A stretch of DNA of 64,000 nucleotides from Antedon mediterranea (lineage: Eukaryota > Animalia > Echinodermata), in the NCBI RefSeq assembly GCF_964355755.1, contig NC_092671.1, positions 18,538,001 to 18,602,000 of the forward strand. Direction: 5' to 3'. The position numbers were made by a program, and so were the translations under genes. Position 1 is the first letter of the stretch. The number at the start of each line of letters is the position of its first letter. This document shows positions 48,344 through 62,345 of the stretch, in pieces. A model generated the notes under the pieces. It did no database searches. It worked only from the letters and a program-made list of their open reading frames with translations, and was not told the origin of the DNA.

Positions 48344-48931
48344 AGCTCAGGTACAGGCATGAATTTTAAATATAACATTTGGTTAATTGTACATAAATCA
48401 AATATTTGTAACAGAAATTGAGACGAAAAAAACATGCATTTCCCTTAATATGATCAAATACAAAATTTGGCAAAATTCTTCCATAAAAACCAGGAAGACT
48501 TTTTTCAGTAGTTAGGTATATTAACCTAATGTAATAGCATGTCTGGTGACGCCCTAGACAGTGAAAAAAGATGGTGGATATACGGTGGATAATTTTTGCA
48601 ATAGCATGAAAATAAAAATCTGAAGTTGAATAAAAATATCAGAAATGTAATATTCAAGTTATATTACCTATATTTAGTCATCTGAGAAGATTTTTTACCA
48701 CACCGTTTATTTTTCATAGCTTTTTAAAATGCCTCTCTATTTACAAAATTTGTGTACAAAAGAATAGAGATTTTACTGTGTAATTTGAACTATCTGATAA
48801 GAAAGTGCTTATTTTCAACAAGCTTGTGTAACACAAATAAAATCCCAAAAATTATGAAACATTGGGGAAACTATAGATCGATAATTATTGGAATGTATGA
48901 TCAATAGAAATTTTTTGCCCGCACCTGGCCT
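48344..48931. mobile_element. Second copy of the Kolobok-like TTAA MITE (intronic)
   Basis: TTAA|AGCTCAGGTACAGG ... CCCGCACCTGGCCT|TTAA, colinear with 31794-32382. Confidence 0.85.
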
Positions 48932-50073
48932 TTAAAATAAATTGATTTTAGTTTATATTTATATATATGTAAAGCCACACTAAAACCAATTATGTCAACA
49001 TAACACCAAGGTCAGGGAGGTTGTGTTCTTTCTCTATATAGGCCCAATTACTCTGTGGGAGAGTCTATCACAACAATTTACAATTGATAAATATGAAGAA
49101 TGTTCATGATTTTAAAGTTTGACTGTTCTTCAGGCTTATGCTAAAACCAAATTTGAGATCATGAAGATATTTTTTTAAAGAAAAACAAATTAATTAATCA
49201 TCTTTACTGTTTTTAGAACATCTCTGCACCATCTCACAGTTCTATGTAAAAAAGCTTGATTTATATTAAACACATTATCATTTTAAAAAGTAAAGTAACA
49301 GTTTGAACCTGCACAACCCTCTATTTGTGATGTCAAGGTTGTAAAATTTGTGAAATTATCTACAATTCTTGACCATTATTGTTGTTTGACACTTAACCTT
49401 TTAACACCTACCCAAGAGGCTACCTCTCATAAAAAATACTTAGTTTGAAACAATGTTTCTTTAAACTGAATTTAAGACATATGCACACAATTGATGTTGC
49501 TTGTATTATCATCTTGATTATTATTATGGTGAATATTATATTACATGACCTTTTATCTAATAAGCACCAAATACTTATTAGCCTCAATCATATCCATATG
49601 GTAAACTAACCTGGTGTTGAGTACAGAGCAGTGAAAACAGGGTCATGAATAATTTGAAAAATTACTGGTGCTGTTAAATTTAGTAGGGCCACACACTATA
49701 TCTTTTTTATTTAACAATTACCATTTGATTTGATTTATAAAATCAAAGCATCTGCACAGACAGAAATTGCATTACTCTGGCCTAGCCTACAGTACAACCA
49801 CATTGGTAAAGGTAAATAAATAAATATTGACTGGGCTTTCATCAGGGCATGGTTACAAATATAGCCCTCAGTGATGGAGACATACTATATCCCTTGACTT
49901 CATCTTGGGATATAAGTATAGTTTTTTTAAATTTTTCTCAACAACCACCCATAAAATTGTTAATTTCCTGTATTTTATTATATTTATAATTACAGTATAC
50001 AGTATATGCGAATCATAGTTGAAATCGGTCATCAAATAGTGAGTGAGATCAAAAATAAGAAAAGTTATCATAC

Positions 50074-50212
50074 TTTCATAAAAATCAGAAGTACTCAATG
50101 TTTTTCCTTTCACGACATCAAATGAATCAGTTTCTTGTTTACAGCTTAATAGAGTTTCAAGCATGTCTTTACATAATGGTGTGTTTCTACTTTTGATCTT
50201 TCCTAGGACGGC
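50074..50212 (-). CDS. UPP1: Uridine phosphorylase, coding exon 4
   Basis: AVLGKIKSR...GKTLSTSDFYE. 139 nt, CAG acceptor, GTATGA donor. Confidence 0.92.
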
Positions 50213-50564
50213 CTGAGGAAAAATCAGAGAAACAAAAAATGAATTCACAATATCCAACATTTAATGGTATACCAAAGATGAATGGTGAGAAGAAATTAGG
50301 GAAATGCCTTTTGACAGGAAAAAAGGAACATTATAGTACTTTATATAGCTGTGTACTACAGTAGTAGAAGTCTATTATCAAACAAAAAATTCAATTCGAC
50401 TATATGGCCAGTTAATAAATCAAAATTGTTTCTCAAAGTATGAAAATTAAATCATATGATGGCCGATTGCATTATTTCTTTTTATAAAACATTTGAAAAC
50501 TGAAAATGTGTCAATAGGACAAGCAATTTCTCAATCTGCAATTATCAATTTTAAATAAACTTAC

Positions 50565-50750
50565 AAGATGATATTTTGGCTCAAACATTTCATTGACAGC
50601 AGTTTCAGTAACAACAACAGTACCAGGTTTTACTCCGATACCTCCAGATGTTCCTATACGTACCATTACCACATCACTGCACTTTGCATAATGCAAAAGT
50701 TTCATTACTTCATGCAATAATATAGAAAGTGACGGCATTCCTATACCATG
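50565..50750 (-). CDS. UPP1: Uridine phosphorylase, coding exon 3
   Basis: HGIGMPSLSILLHE...RIGTSGGIG (phosphate-binding motif). 186 nt, GT-AG bounded. Confidence 0.95.
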
Positions 50751-51780
50751 CTAAAAAAAGATAAATTAAAGAATTGAGTGCAAAATAGGGTCTTACATCA
50801 ACACTAAAATACTTTACAAATGCTTGTATCACTAATATATTTCCCCCATTCAACTCATACTCCCTATTTGTATACTGCCTGTACAGTAGGTAAGGTGATG
50901 GATCACAACATGGATTATGTTATGGGAGAGTTCATTAATCCTTATGCCATGGCAAATTACGTGCACCCACAAAATCAATTTGACCCATATAAAAAATTGT
51001 CATATATAATATGGTATGACAGGGTTATGTTTGCACATGTGATTAAAATGTGTTAATGAAAATCCAGCACAAAAATGTTTGGCCATAATATTATTAATAA
51101 TGCACAAATTGAATACTGTGGGTTTAAGGCAAATTAACACATCGCTTGTCATGGTTAAACGAAGACAATACATTAAAAAGTCGATAAAACAAACAGGTAT
51201 ATCAAAAGGCTCCATTATTAACTACTTGTTTTATGTTGGTCGTGTTGCATTAGTTGCATAGTATACTGAATTGTAGATTTGAGTATAAATTGCAGTTCTT
51301 GAAGGCTAATTTTGAGTTCTATAGTGCTAGATTGTGGATATACCATACAGTACTCTATATAGTTAGTAGAACAGAATTCTAATTGTGGTTGTTGGAGGGT
51401 GACCAGGCCTTATTTATTTTTCATTAATTAAAACCTATAAAATGGGGATAAACTTTTAACAAGGTACAAAATAATGACAACAAAATTAAAATAATATTGA
51501 AATACTTAGCACGTTTCACAAGCTTTTCATTAAAATGTTTATAATAATCTTCACCATATTTACTATTTTTTCTTTATCCTTCAGGTTAATATCATAATCT
51601 CAGTCAATAAAAGTTCTAATCTTTATAACACAAAATTGCAGAAAAATAGCTAACCAAACTTAGTAAGATATTTCCTTTAAATTAAGTATTTTGTGGGAAG
51701 AGTGAGATTGGTATTTCACCTAAGACAATAAACACCATCTTAACTCTTAGCCCAAAACCTTAAGTGTTAATACAGCTTAC

Positions 51781-51939
51781 ATTGACTGCTAGTACAGGAC
51801 CAACTTTGTACATTGAGTACCTGTCAGTAGAACAAATATCTTTCGGTTCATCTTTGCAATCCACAATTCCAATTAGTTGCTCTTGCATGAACTTTGCAAA
51901 TACAAACATCCTTTTTGCACTGCCTCCCATGCACACAAA
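51781..51939 (-). CDS. UPP1: Uridine phosphorylase, coding exon 2
   Basis: FVCMGGSAKRM...TDRYSMYKVGPVLAVN. 159 nt, GT-AG bounded. Not in the ORF track on this strand. Confidence 0.95.
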
Positions 51940-53934
51940 CTATAACAAAAAATATACATTCCACAATTTAAAAGTCTGTCCCCACTATCTTTAGCACCTT
52001 CGCAGAATCAAGGATGACACAAACAAATGTAAACTATAATCAATATGCGAACAACTGTTGATTATCAACTTTGATGATATAATAAGGTGGGAGTTTGAAA
52101 CTATTTTAGGTCAATTCTTTTTTTCAACCTTTTCTATTGGCAGAAAAAACAGTTCCTAAAAAATACAGTTTTAAAACCATTTCCTTTTTCAATAAACAGA
52201 CCCTGAGCTCATTGAAACAACAAATGTGCCTGGTATTTATGATTATCGATATCAGAACCTGTCTCAAATTTTACTTTCAATATCATAATATTGATTTTGT
52301 GGTGATTGGTTGTTGTGGTACTCATATTAAATATCAAAAATTGACAGACTACTAATAAAGGCTTAACCAAACGGGCATGGAAAAGAAGAAAATAGAGCAA
52401 CTGTGGAAATGTTCTTGTTCTTTGTTATTAAATCATGCATTTTTTTTTAGGTTAACACTCCACCTTTATTCATTCAATGTTTCATAATAATGATTACATA
52501 CTTTTTCTAACTTTTGTTGGTACTTTCTGTTTCTTTTTTTTCTCTTATTAATTTTAACCTTTAGTATCATACCATTACTGAACATTATTTTTATTAAATA
52601 ACATTCATTTTATATTTCATTAATTTTATTTTATTAAATTATTGTATTACTTTTGTTATTTTTATATTTTGTGAAATGTGTATTATACACATTTCACAAA
52701 ATAATAGCTTCCAAATAAATGATTATTCTTATTGTTATGTTAGCGCTCCAGGGTAGGCCAGACGCTTGTCTGGCAACCCTCTAAAAAAGCAGATAGGACA
52801 ACTCATTGCTTCACGCCTACAGATAGTCACCATCCTGGCCAAAAAATCCTCATGACGTACTGTTAAATAATTGGTTATTAAACATTCATAATTTACTTAA
52901 CTGAATTGTGTAGGAAGTCTCCCATAATATTTGAGTAGAAACTAGAAGTAATTTTAAATTCTAAAACTAATATTTAAAAAATCGAAACTGATAGCTTTGA
53001 TTGTTCCCTGTGTTTGTTCATTAGTTAATGATCTACTATACCAAACATATTTTATTTATTTTTATTTATTCTTTTTATTTTCATTTTAGGAAAATTTCAA
53101 AGGATAACCACAAGTGAATTCATTTACTATCCTTCTCAAAGGTGGCAATCCCACTCACAAGACAAACATATACACAAGATGCTCTACATAAACAAAGTCT
53201 TTGGGAGTGGAGTTGTTAATTGTCATGAGAAATAAACCCTGACATATGACAGTATTTATATTGTATTTTTTAAGTGGAAGTTCGTCAATGATTTTCATGT
53301 TTGAAGTAGTTATTTCAAACTTCAAAAACCAATATTTAAACTGCATTATTTAACTGTACTTGACTTGACTATTATTGTATCAATTTGCTTATAATATAAA
53401 GAGGTCTGGATTGAAACTGAAATGGTTTTATAAACAAGTTGATTCGTCTACTCTAGATACTATTGGTATCAGTTAATAAGCTCCTGCAGCCCATGTTGGC
53501 AATTACAGTACACTACAGTAAATGGCTCAAAATTATTTATACAACAAACTGTTTTAAAACAAGTGTGAAATGGCCCATTTACATAGAAGGACAGCGATGG
53601 GGCGGATAAGGATAGACAATGAAGCAGACAAAGAAGACGAAGATGAGGATGAAGACTAGGAAGATGATGAGACTTTTATCATTCAACCAATAAAATATGT
53701 TGTCGTCTTGAAAGAATAGTTAAGTTATTCATTATTTATATAATAGACTGGTAAATATCTTTTTTGGAAATTCCCAGTGTGTATAATTACTCGCTCACAC
53801 ATGAAAACATTATTATCATTAATCTCTATTGGAAATTCCATACCGGGAAAAGGAAATTGGTGATAGATACAGCATGTTGAGAAGATGAAAGAGGAAATAT
53901 ATACTGTACCCATCATTAGAATACAATTAAAACT

Positions 53935-54195
53935 GTATATTAATGGTTTTAAATTTGTATAGCGCATAATACAAATAGTCACTATGCGCTGTGGACTCAG
54001 ATGTTACACTTTTCAATTACTTCTCCTATAAGGGTTACGTCATGTTAGTGCAGCCATTATAAAGCGCTCTTTTATCTGTCCACGACACAGTGGCTGTGTT
54101 CTACCACCAGAATCATGAAGCGAGTGAGCCTCCAACCTTGCCGATGTTAGGGCTGGATTACGGTTCCACTGTCTTAACCGCTCGGTCACTCACTC
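53935..54195 (-). mobile_element. tRNA-derived SINE with L2-like 3' tail (tail-only copy at ~19180-19222)
   Basis: Minus-strand head AGTGACCGAGCGGTTAAGAC (A-box-like). The tail CAGCGCATAG...TATTTGTAT...GCGCTATA.AAATTTAAAACCATTAA is shared with 19180-19222. Confidence 0.6.
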
Positions 54196-54516
54196 AAGAA
54201 TAGTATGATATATATTAAGCAGTGGCAAACAAATGTTTTTAATGAAATCAAAATCAATCAAATCTTTACTCGTTCCATATATAGAAAATGTACATGGAAA
54301 AATTGTTTTCATCGACAGAAAGGAAAAATATGGAGTTATCTTTCTAAACTACTGTATATAATAAAACACAATTTAAAAAAAAAAATAAAAACATTTACAT
54401 TTTTCTCTACTCTACAGCTCACTATATGTCGTAGATTCAAGAAAAGTTATATTTTTTCCAATTTAATAATTGATCAAACACTTTAAAAAATACCACTATA
54501 GGTAAAAATGACAAAC

Positions 54517-54654
54517 CTTAACATCTCCAAACAATTTTGGAAGATCATCTTTTGATGAGAAACCAATATGATAAAGAACATCTTCATGTAGTTTTGTTAG
54601 ATGTTTATTTGGAACCTTGAAATGCTTTTCTTTATTTTCACTGTTTTCCATCAT
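54517..54654 (-). CDS. UPP1: Uridine phosphorylase, coding exon 1
   Basis: MMENSENKEKHFKVPNKHLTKLHEDVLYHIGFSSKDDLPKLFGDVK. The six exons total 906 nt = 301 aa plus stop. The acceptor at 54673-54674 implies an upstream non-coding exon. UPP1 versus UPP2 orthology cannot be resolved. Confidence 0.9.
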
Positions 54655-57600
54655 GCAAACAACAATCAATTCCTACTTTAAAAAAAAAGGCAATTTGTTA
54701 AAAACATCAATATGCTGATACACTGGATAGCAAGTTTGCGGTACACCACGTATGTAGTTCTGAAAAAGAACTGATGAGTTTCTTGACATTTGGAGCAATA
54801 TGCTCTGATTGTCCTCAGGAGTAAGAATGCAGTCCAGGAAATTGGTGAATATCAAGATTGGATAGGACTAGGTGTAAAAGCTAAAACATGCAAAGGTTTG
54901 AATTAGGCTGTAGAAGAGCATTGTAGTTTCTCTTTGAACAATGGTGAACGGAAACATGGCTATAGAAGAGGTATATGAAAAACCAAGTGAAACAAGCTAA
55001 GAAAACAATAGCATTGTCTGGAAACTGAGTGAAGAAGGTCAAAACTTGTATCTAGATTTAAGGTTGTGGAATGTCACAACTGGCCAAAAAACTACAGCAT
55101 GGTTTGTCGATGTACAATAGATTAATTGAGAAAAAAAGATATATCACTGACAACAAAGTTATAGCCACCATACCCAAAGATAAAACCATATCAGGAAACC
55201 GGTAAAATCAAAGTATTAAGCATTACTTAGAGGGCCATAGCCACCAGTACGGTTGCAATCAGCTTGTTTTCTGGAAAACATCACACCACTTTATCTCTCG
55301 TGGCTACATCACTGACTTATTACTTTGATTTTATCTGTTTTGCTTAGGTGTATTTAAATAATTAATTAATCAAGGCCATAGCGAGACAAAGATGCTTTAA
55401 ATATAATTATTAATATAAAATATGGCAATCTGCACTGGGGAATTGAGGTTGTTGGTAAAAATTGAAAATTTAAGATGAGGCGAGTTCCTCATGCTGGCTA
55501 CGGTCCTATTATAATTATAAAGCAAATTATAAATTCAAATAAAAAATTTGTGTAAAGAAAAAATGCAATAAAGTATTTGTGGTGGCTTTCAGAGTTTTTT
55601 ATGGATTGATGGTAGATTCTCCTGTCCTCCTCCTGCTTTAACCTTTTCCATCAAAGTGTAATAATTATTTGACGAACCCAACAATGATTACTAGCATAGG
55701 CTTTTGTCTGAAGAACAGTTTGTAATAATTTCGTTAAAAATACATTTATAAATATTATTACATTTAGAATGTATTGCATTTTTAATCCCTTATCATTGTA
55801 TTGGTTTCAACATAAGTAAATTTAAAATTACCCGAGATTGACAAATATATAAGTACCAAATTTTTTCCGATGTGATTCATTTTGTATGGTACTAATAAAT
55901 AAATGTTAATATGTTCTATACAGTGTAATGTTGGACACAGTAGAACCCTCCCTTTTGACACACATCCCTTTGTCAACTTTCCAAGTGAAGAAGAGGAAAT
56001 ATTGTTTTAACACATGGTCAATGCCTACTGTATTCAGAGGACACCTATATTAAGGAAACACTTTGATGGCTCCCTAGATGTCCAGGGTTGTATACCTTTG
56101 AAATAATGTAAAACACAAATCATTCCTACTGTAACCAATGCAGTATAATCAGTCAATAGACGTGACAAAAATGTATGTTGTTAAACCTCTTTTAAAGCAC
56201 TGTTAAATGTATTATGGTTGCATGAATTAGGACGGAAATATAGCATTAAAAGCCATGAATTGGTGCATGTTATTGTTATTGACTTTTGTATTGACTTATA
56301 CTGTATAATAGATTGAGACAGCCAATAAAAAAACAAATAGGAAATATCCATCTCAATAGCATCTGTTAAAAGTGTTATTTTTAGCTTGGAAATTCCAATC
56401 AGAAGGAAATGTTTACAACATTCTAACATTCAATGCACTGAAGGTTGAGTTGAGCACATTGTGTAGGCCTACACTTGCAAAAACAAAAGAAAAACAGGAA
56501 TTCTCAGTTTTGACTCCAAACTCACAACCTTCTTTACTTTACTGTTAGACCACAAACAGGCATTATTATTTCCACTTACTGTATAGTGGATGAATAAAAG
56601 GTTATCTTATCTCATACTTTTATAAATTACAGGTTGAATTTGTAATTGACAATTAATTACTTTTAATACATTATACTTTATTGTATATGTTTTATTCCTT
56701 GAAATGTACCAATTTATTCTATGTGACAGATGTTCTGTCATGGATACATAACTTTCCATTTAATTCTGGCAAACAAAGGAAATTAATCAGAATTTGGAAA
56801 TTCCAAAATCTGCATTCAGTTTCAATTTCTGTAATAATTTACCAGTAAATAATACTGTATGTAGTCTTTTGTCAGCAAGTAATGAAGGAAGTTAATAGCA
56901 AGTACCTATACTGTACCACTGAATGTGTTAAAAAAAAAAAGATTTTTACACAAAACTCAGTTTACTGAAACTTACATTAAGAAACAGTCAGGGAAAAAAT
57001 GGCAAAAGGTTTCCTACTTTGATTGTTTTTACTACTTTTACTGGATTTTGCCATTTTTCCTCTAACTAGAAAGATATTGTCCCCTTGAATTTTTTTTTTC
57101 ATTTCTTTGTTGAATATGCCACATAATGGTTTACTAAAAATTTGATCCGAAAAAAAAATATTTGACCTGAATAAAATGTAATAAAAAAAGAAAGAAAATA
57201 GTTAAAATGGCTGCCAGCCAATGTGTTTTTGGTAAAATTTTAAAGTTTATTTTGTATATTAATAATGAAAACAAATGGCCCATTTCTGATTTTCATAAAC
57301 TTTGTTCATATTCATGTTTTTGGAGCACAAATCTTTAATCCAAATAAAAACAATGTTGGACCTCAAAACAAAAATGTCAGATTGCTATGGGTTTGAACTT
57401 TTTACTTGCAAACTGACAACTTGGTTGTCTTTATTTTTTACTCAGTAAAAATATATAAAAATAAATAAAATTTCTGGATGAAACTTTGTGGCAAATCAAT
57501 TTCAATTATTCAACAAGTATCCCTGAAATTGACCAACAACCTTGACCTGATATGTTAAATTGGATTAGCAATTCAAATTTTGTGATGTGAACTTATTGAA

Positions 57601-58070
57601 AAAGAAAAAAATATTATTCATATTATAATTAAGCCAAATATATCTTGTTAAGCGTCACCGCCACCCTTGATTTTCAAGCCTGAAATGCCAAAACAAAAAG
57701 AAAAATCGTAACTTCGACAATTGCATGATTTATATTATTAATTTACAGATAAAATACAAATAATTTATTTAATTACCCATAACATACTTTATTTGTCAGA
57801 TGGTTTATTTGCCTTGTTAGACAGAGACTCAGCCCATAAAATGTATAACTCCATGCTCAGCCGAGTCCCCTGTAGTCAACTCAATACCAAAAGTGCAGAG
57901 TAAATTTTAGTTGTAACTCAATGCATGATGAAGCATGAAAACATTATTAATTATTACCACCAGGATGGTCCAATGTGTACTACTCGTACATGATACGGGT
58001 GAGGCAGGTTCTTAAAATAAACAAGTCTAGACCTAGAGGCCTAAATTCAGAAATTTATATAATAATTCTT

Positions 58071-58135
58071 ACCGTTTTTATTGAAATTAACAGCTTATTT
58101 TCGATATGACGTGTCCAATGCAATCAATGACTCCT
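58071..58135 (-). promoter_or_regulatory. Candidate non-coding first exon/promoter of the uridine phosphorylase gene
   Basis: Minus-strand donor CG|GTAAGA at 58072. TGACGT and CCAAT motifs at ~58107-58119, next to a CpG-richer stretch. Confidence 0.3.
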
Positions 58136-58704
58136 ACCAGGGCAGCAGTAAGTACAACCGACACAGCTGTTGTTGTTAATCGTTTTCAAATGAATTTCAT
58201 TCATATTAAATTATCATCCCATGCCGCGATCGATAAAAATAAGAGATTTACCAAAACATTGAATAACGCCCTCTCTCGCCTATCTTTGAGAAGGGAGGGT
58301 AGGAAGGGAGAGGGTAACTCTACTACTTCAGCAGAAAGGACATTATGTCGTCGTCGTCATCGTCGTCGTCGTCAATGGACATTACTTAAAGATGTATTGT
58401 CCCTTGAAACACAAGAAATGAAAAAAAAAATATTCTAAATTTAAATTGGCCATATCAAAGTAATATTCGAGCCAAAAACAACAAGTTTACGTAATACTAA
58501 CAGGTAAATTAATTTGATTACATTTCGTCTGGAAAATCGTCACGAGCGAAAGTAAACAAAGATTTCAAACCATTAGTATGCATTATGCATGATGCTAATT
58601 AGGATTGTTTACAACTCGTCGCGATTGAGAAGGTGTTTTCACACAGATCGCGAAGAAGTTTTATGATTATGCATACAGAGTTAGCCAAACAAGCGAGGTG
58701 CATT

Positions 58705-61700
58705 CCCAGCTAGCAATTTGACATTGGCCCGACGTCGGCAAGCGTCGGCAGACGTCGACAAAGTCGCGGGCAAATTGCCGACGTTATTACAACGTTATTA
58801 CAACGTGTACTATAAGTCGTGAATTTAATGGTTGTTAACCTAACGTCCTGCCGACGTCGTATTTACGTTGAAAAATTGACAAAAAAATGTGCCTTGCGAT
58901 TACATAAATCCAACGTCAGTTTGACGTCGTTATCATTGGTTGGCACAACGTCTGCAAACGTCAACATATTAAAGTAATTTTGACACGTCACATCAACGTT
59001 GGCAAAACGTTGTAAAGAGTTGTCAACAATCAAACGTCGTCACAACGTTGACAATTTGCCAATATATGACAACTTATCAAGTCGGCAAATTATTGTTGGT
59101 TTAACGTCGCCATTAGTCGTTGGTTCACCGTTAGCGAATGTCGACACACTAAAGTCATTTTCCTCACGTTGCACCGACATCGGCTAATGGTTGTAAAATT
59201 TATGTAGGCATTTTAACGTCTACCCAACGTTTGAAATTGGATACAAGACTTTAAGCATTTGGGTTGTTCATTTATGTCGATTCAACGTCAAATAAAAGTT
59301 GTTAAGCCAACGTCAGCAATTGTCAACAACATTACATTGACTTGTTCCACGTCATACAGACGTTGGCTTATAGTTGTATACGTTAAGTCGGATATCAAAC
59401 GTCGTGCCAACGCTTGAAATTGACGCAAAATACTATCATTTATGGTCACTATTCTAGCGTCAGTTTAACGTCAAATAAAAGTTGTTAAGCCAACGTCAGC
59501 AATTGTCAAAAATATTACATTGACTTGTTCCACGTCATGCAGACGTTGGCTAATAGTTGTATACGTTAAGTCTGATATCAAACGTCGTGCCAACGCTTGA
59601 AATTGACGCAAAATACTATCATTTATGGTCACTATTCTAGCGTCAGTTTAACGTCAAATAAAAGTTGTTAAGCCAACGTCAGCAATTGTCAAAAATATTA
59701 CATTGACTTGTTCCACGTCATACAGACGTTGGCTTATAGTTGTATACGTTAAGTCTGATATCAAACGTCATACCAACGCTTGAAATTGACGCAAAATACA
59801 ATCATTTATGGTCACTATTCTAGCGTCAGTTTAACGTCAAATAAAAGTTGTTAAGCCAACGTCAGCAATTGTCAACAACATTACATTGACTTGTTCCACG
59901 TCATGCAGACGTTGGCTAAACGTTGTATACGTTAAGTCTGATATCAAACGTCGTGCCAACGCTTGAAATTGACGCAAAATACTAGCATTTATGGTCACTA
60001 TTCTAGCGTCAGTTTAACGTCAAATAAAAGTTGTTAAGCCAACGTCAGCAATTGTCAACAACATTACATTGACTTGTTCCACGTCATACAGACGTTGGCT
60101 AATAGTTGTATACGTTAAGTCTGATATCAAACGTCGTGCCAACGCTTGAAATTGACGCAAAATACAATCATTTATGGTCACTATTCTAGCGTCAGTTTAA
60201 CGTCAAATAAAAGTTGTTAAGCCAACGTCAGCAATTGTCAACAACATTACATTGACTTGTTCCACGTCATGCAGACGTTGGCTAAAAGTTGTATACGTTA
60301 AGTCTGATATCAAACGTCGTGCCAACGCTTGAAATTGACGCAAAATACTAGCATTTATGGTCACTATTCTAGCGTCAGTTTAACGTCAAATAAAAGTTGT
60401 TAAGCCAACGTCAGCAATTGTCAACAACATTACATTGACTTGTTCCACGTCATACAGACGTTGGCTAATAGTTGTATACGTTAAGTCTGATATCAAACGT
60501 CGTGCCAACGCTTGAAATTGACGCAAAATACAATCATTTATGGTCACTATTCTAGCGTCAGTTTAACGTCAAATAAAAGTTGTTAAGCCAACGTCAGCCA
60601 TTGTCAACAACATTACATTGACTTGTTCCACGTCATGCAGACGTTGGCTAATAGTTGTATACGTTAAGTCTGATATCAAACGTCGTGCCAACGCTTGAAA
60701 TTGACGCAAAATACTAGCATTTATGGTCACTATTCTAGCGTCAGTTTAACGTCAAATAAAAGTTGTTAAGCCAACGTCAGCAATTGTCAAAAATATTACA
60801 TTGACTTGTTCCACGTCATGCAGACGTTGGCTAATAGTTGTATACGTTAAGTCTGATATCAAACGTCATACCAACGCTTGAAATTGACGCAAAATACAAT
60901 CATTTATGGTCACTATTCTAGCGTCAGTTTAACGTCAAATAAAAGTTGTTAAGCCAACGTCAGCAATTGTCAACAACATTACATTGACTTGGTCCACGTC
61001 ATACAGACGTTGGCTAATAGTTGTATACGTTAAGTCTGATATCAAACGTCGTGCCAACGCTTGAAATTGACGCAAAATACAATCATTTATGGTCACTATT
61101 CTAGCGTCAGTTTAACGTCAAATAAAAGTTGTTAAGCCAACGTCAGCAATTGTCAACAACATTACATTGACTTGTTCCACGTCATGCAGACGTTGGCTAA
61201 TAGTTGTATACGTTAAGTCTGATATCAAACGTCGTGCCAACGCTTGAAATTGACGCAAAATACTAGCATTTATGGTCACTATTCTAGCGTCAGTTTAACG
61301 TCAAATGAAAGTTGTTAAGCCAACGTCAGCAATTGTCAAAAATATTACATTGACTTGTTCCACGTCATGCAGACGTTGGCTAATAGTTGTATACGTTAAG
61401 TCTGATATCAAACGTCATACCAACGCTTGAAATTGACGCAAAATACAATCATTTATGGTCACTATTCTAGCGTCAGTTTAACGTCAAATAAAAGTTGTTA
61501 AGCCAACGTCAGCAATTGTCAACAACATTACATTGACTTGTTCCACGTCATACTGACGTTGGCTAATAGTTGTATACGTTAAGTCTGATATCAAACGTCG
61601 TGCCAACGCTTGAAATTGACGCAAAATACAATCATTTATGGTCACTATTCTAGCGTCAGTTTAACGTCAAATAAAAGTTGTTAAGCCAACGTCAGCAATT

Positions 61701-62345
61701 GTCAACAACATTACATTGACTTGTTCCACGTCATGCAGACGTTGGCTAATAGTTGTATACGTTAAGTCTGATATCAAACGTCGTGCCAACGCTTGAAATT
61801 GACGCAAAATACTAGCATTTATGGTCACTATTCTAGCGTCAGTTTAACGTCAAATGAAAGTTGTTAAGCCAACGTCAGCAATTGTCAAAAATATTACATT
61901 GACTTGTTCCACGTCATGCAGACGTTGGCTAATAGTTGTATACGTTAAGTCTGATATCAAACGTCATACCAACGCTTGAAATTGACGCAAAATACAATCA
62001 TTTATGGTCACTATTCTAGCGTCAGTTTAACGTCAAATAAAAGTTGTTAAGCCAACGTCAGCAATTGTCAACAACATTACATTGACTTGTTCCACGTCAT
62101 GCAGACGTTGGCTTATAGTTGTATACGTTAAGTCTGATATCAAACGTCGTGCCAACGCTTGAAATTGACGCAAAATACAATCATTTATGGTCACTATTCT
62201 AGCGTCAGTTTAACGTCAAATAAAAGTTTGTTAAGCCAACGTCAGCAATTGTCAACGACATTACATTGACTTGTTTCACATTGACTTTATAGTAACAATT
62301 GTATTACTGGTTAAGTCGGATTTTAAACGTCGTACCAACGCTTAG
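58705..62345. mobile_element. Left part of a probable CACTA/EnSpm-type non-autonomous element with ACGT-rich subterminal repeats grading into a satellite
   Basis: Begins CCCAGCTAGCA, followed by dense CAACGT/GACGT motifs. No matching right TIR in the window. The superfamily call is an inference. Confidence 0.5.
59284..62345. repeat. 183-bp tandem satellite, ~16.7 copies
   Basis: AACGTCAAAT(A/G)AAAGTT recurs at 59284, 59467, 59650, 59833 ... 62212 with an exact 183-bp period. Confidence 0.97.

Noticed and set aside
54120-54195. Functional tRNA gene (also ~33100-33170 and ~47745-47815)
   Set aside because: Only partial A or B boxes and no full cloverleaf; two of the three have SINE-type tails.
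58106-58438. 110-aa ORF with an Arg run
   Set aside because: The Arg run comes from a (CGT)n microsatellite, and the end runs into a dispersed repeat. No splice or homology support.
59284-62345. Tandem ncRNA (5S/snRNA) array or CRISPR
   Set aside because: No recognisable RNA-gene or Pol III box sequence and no spacers; it behaves as a satellite.
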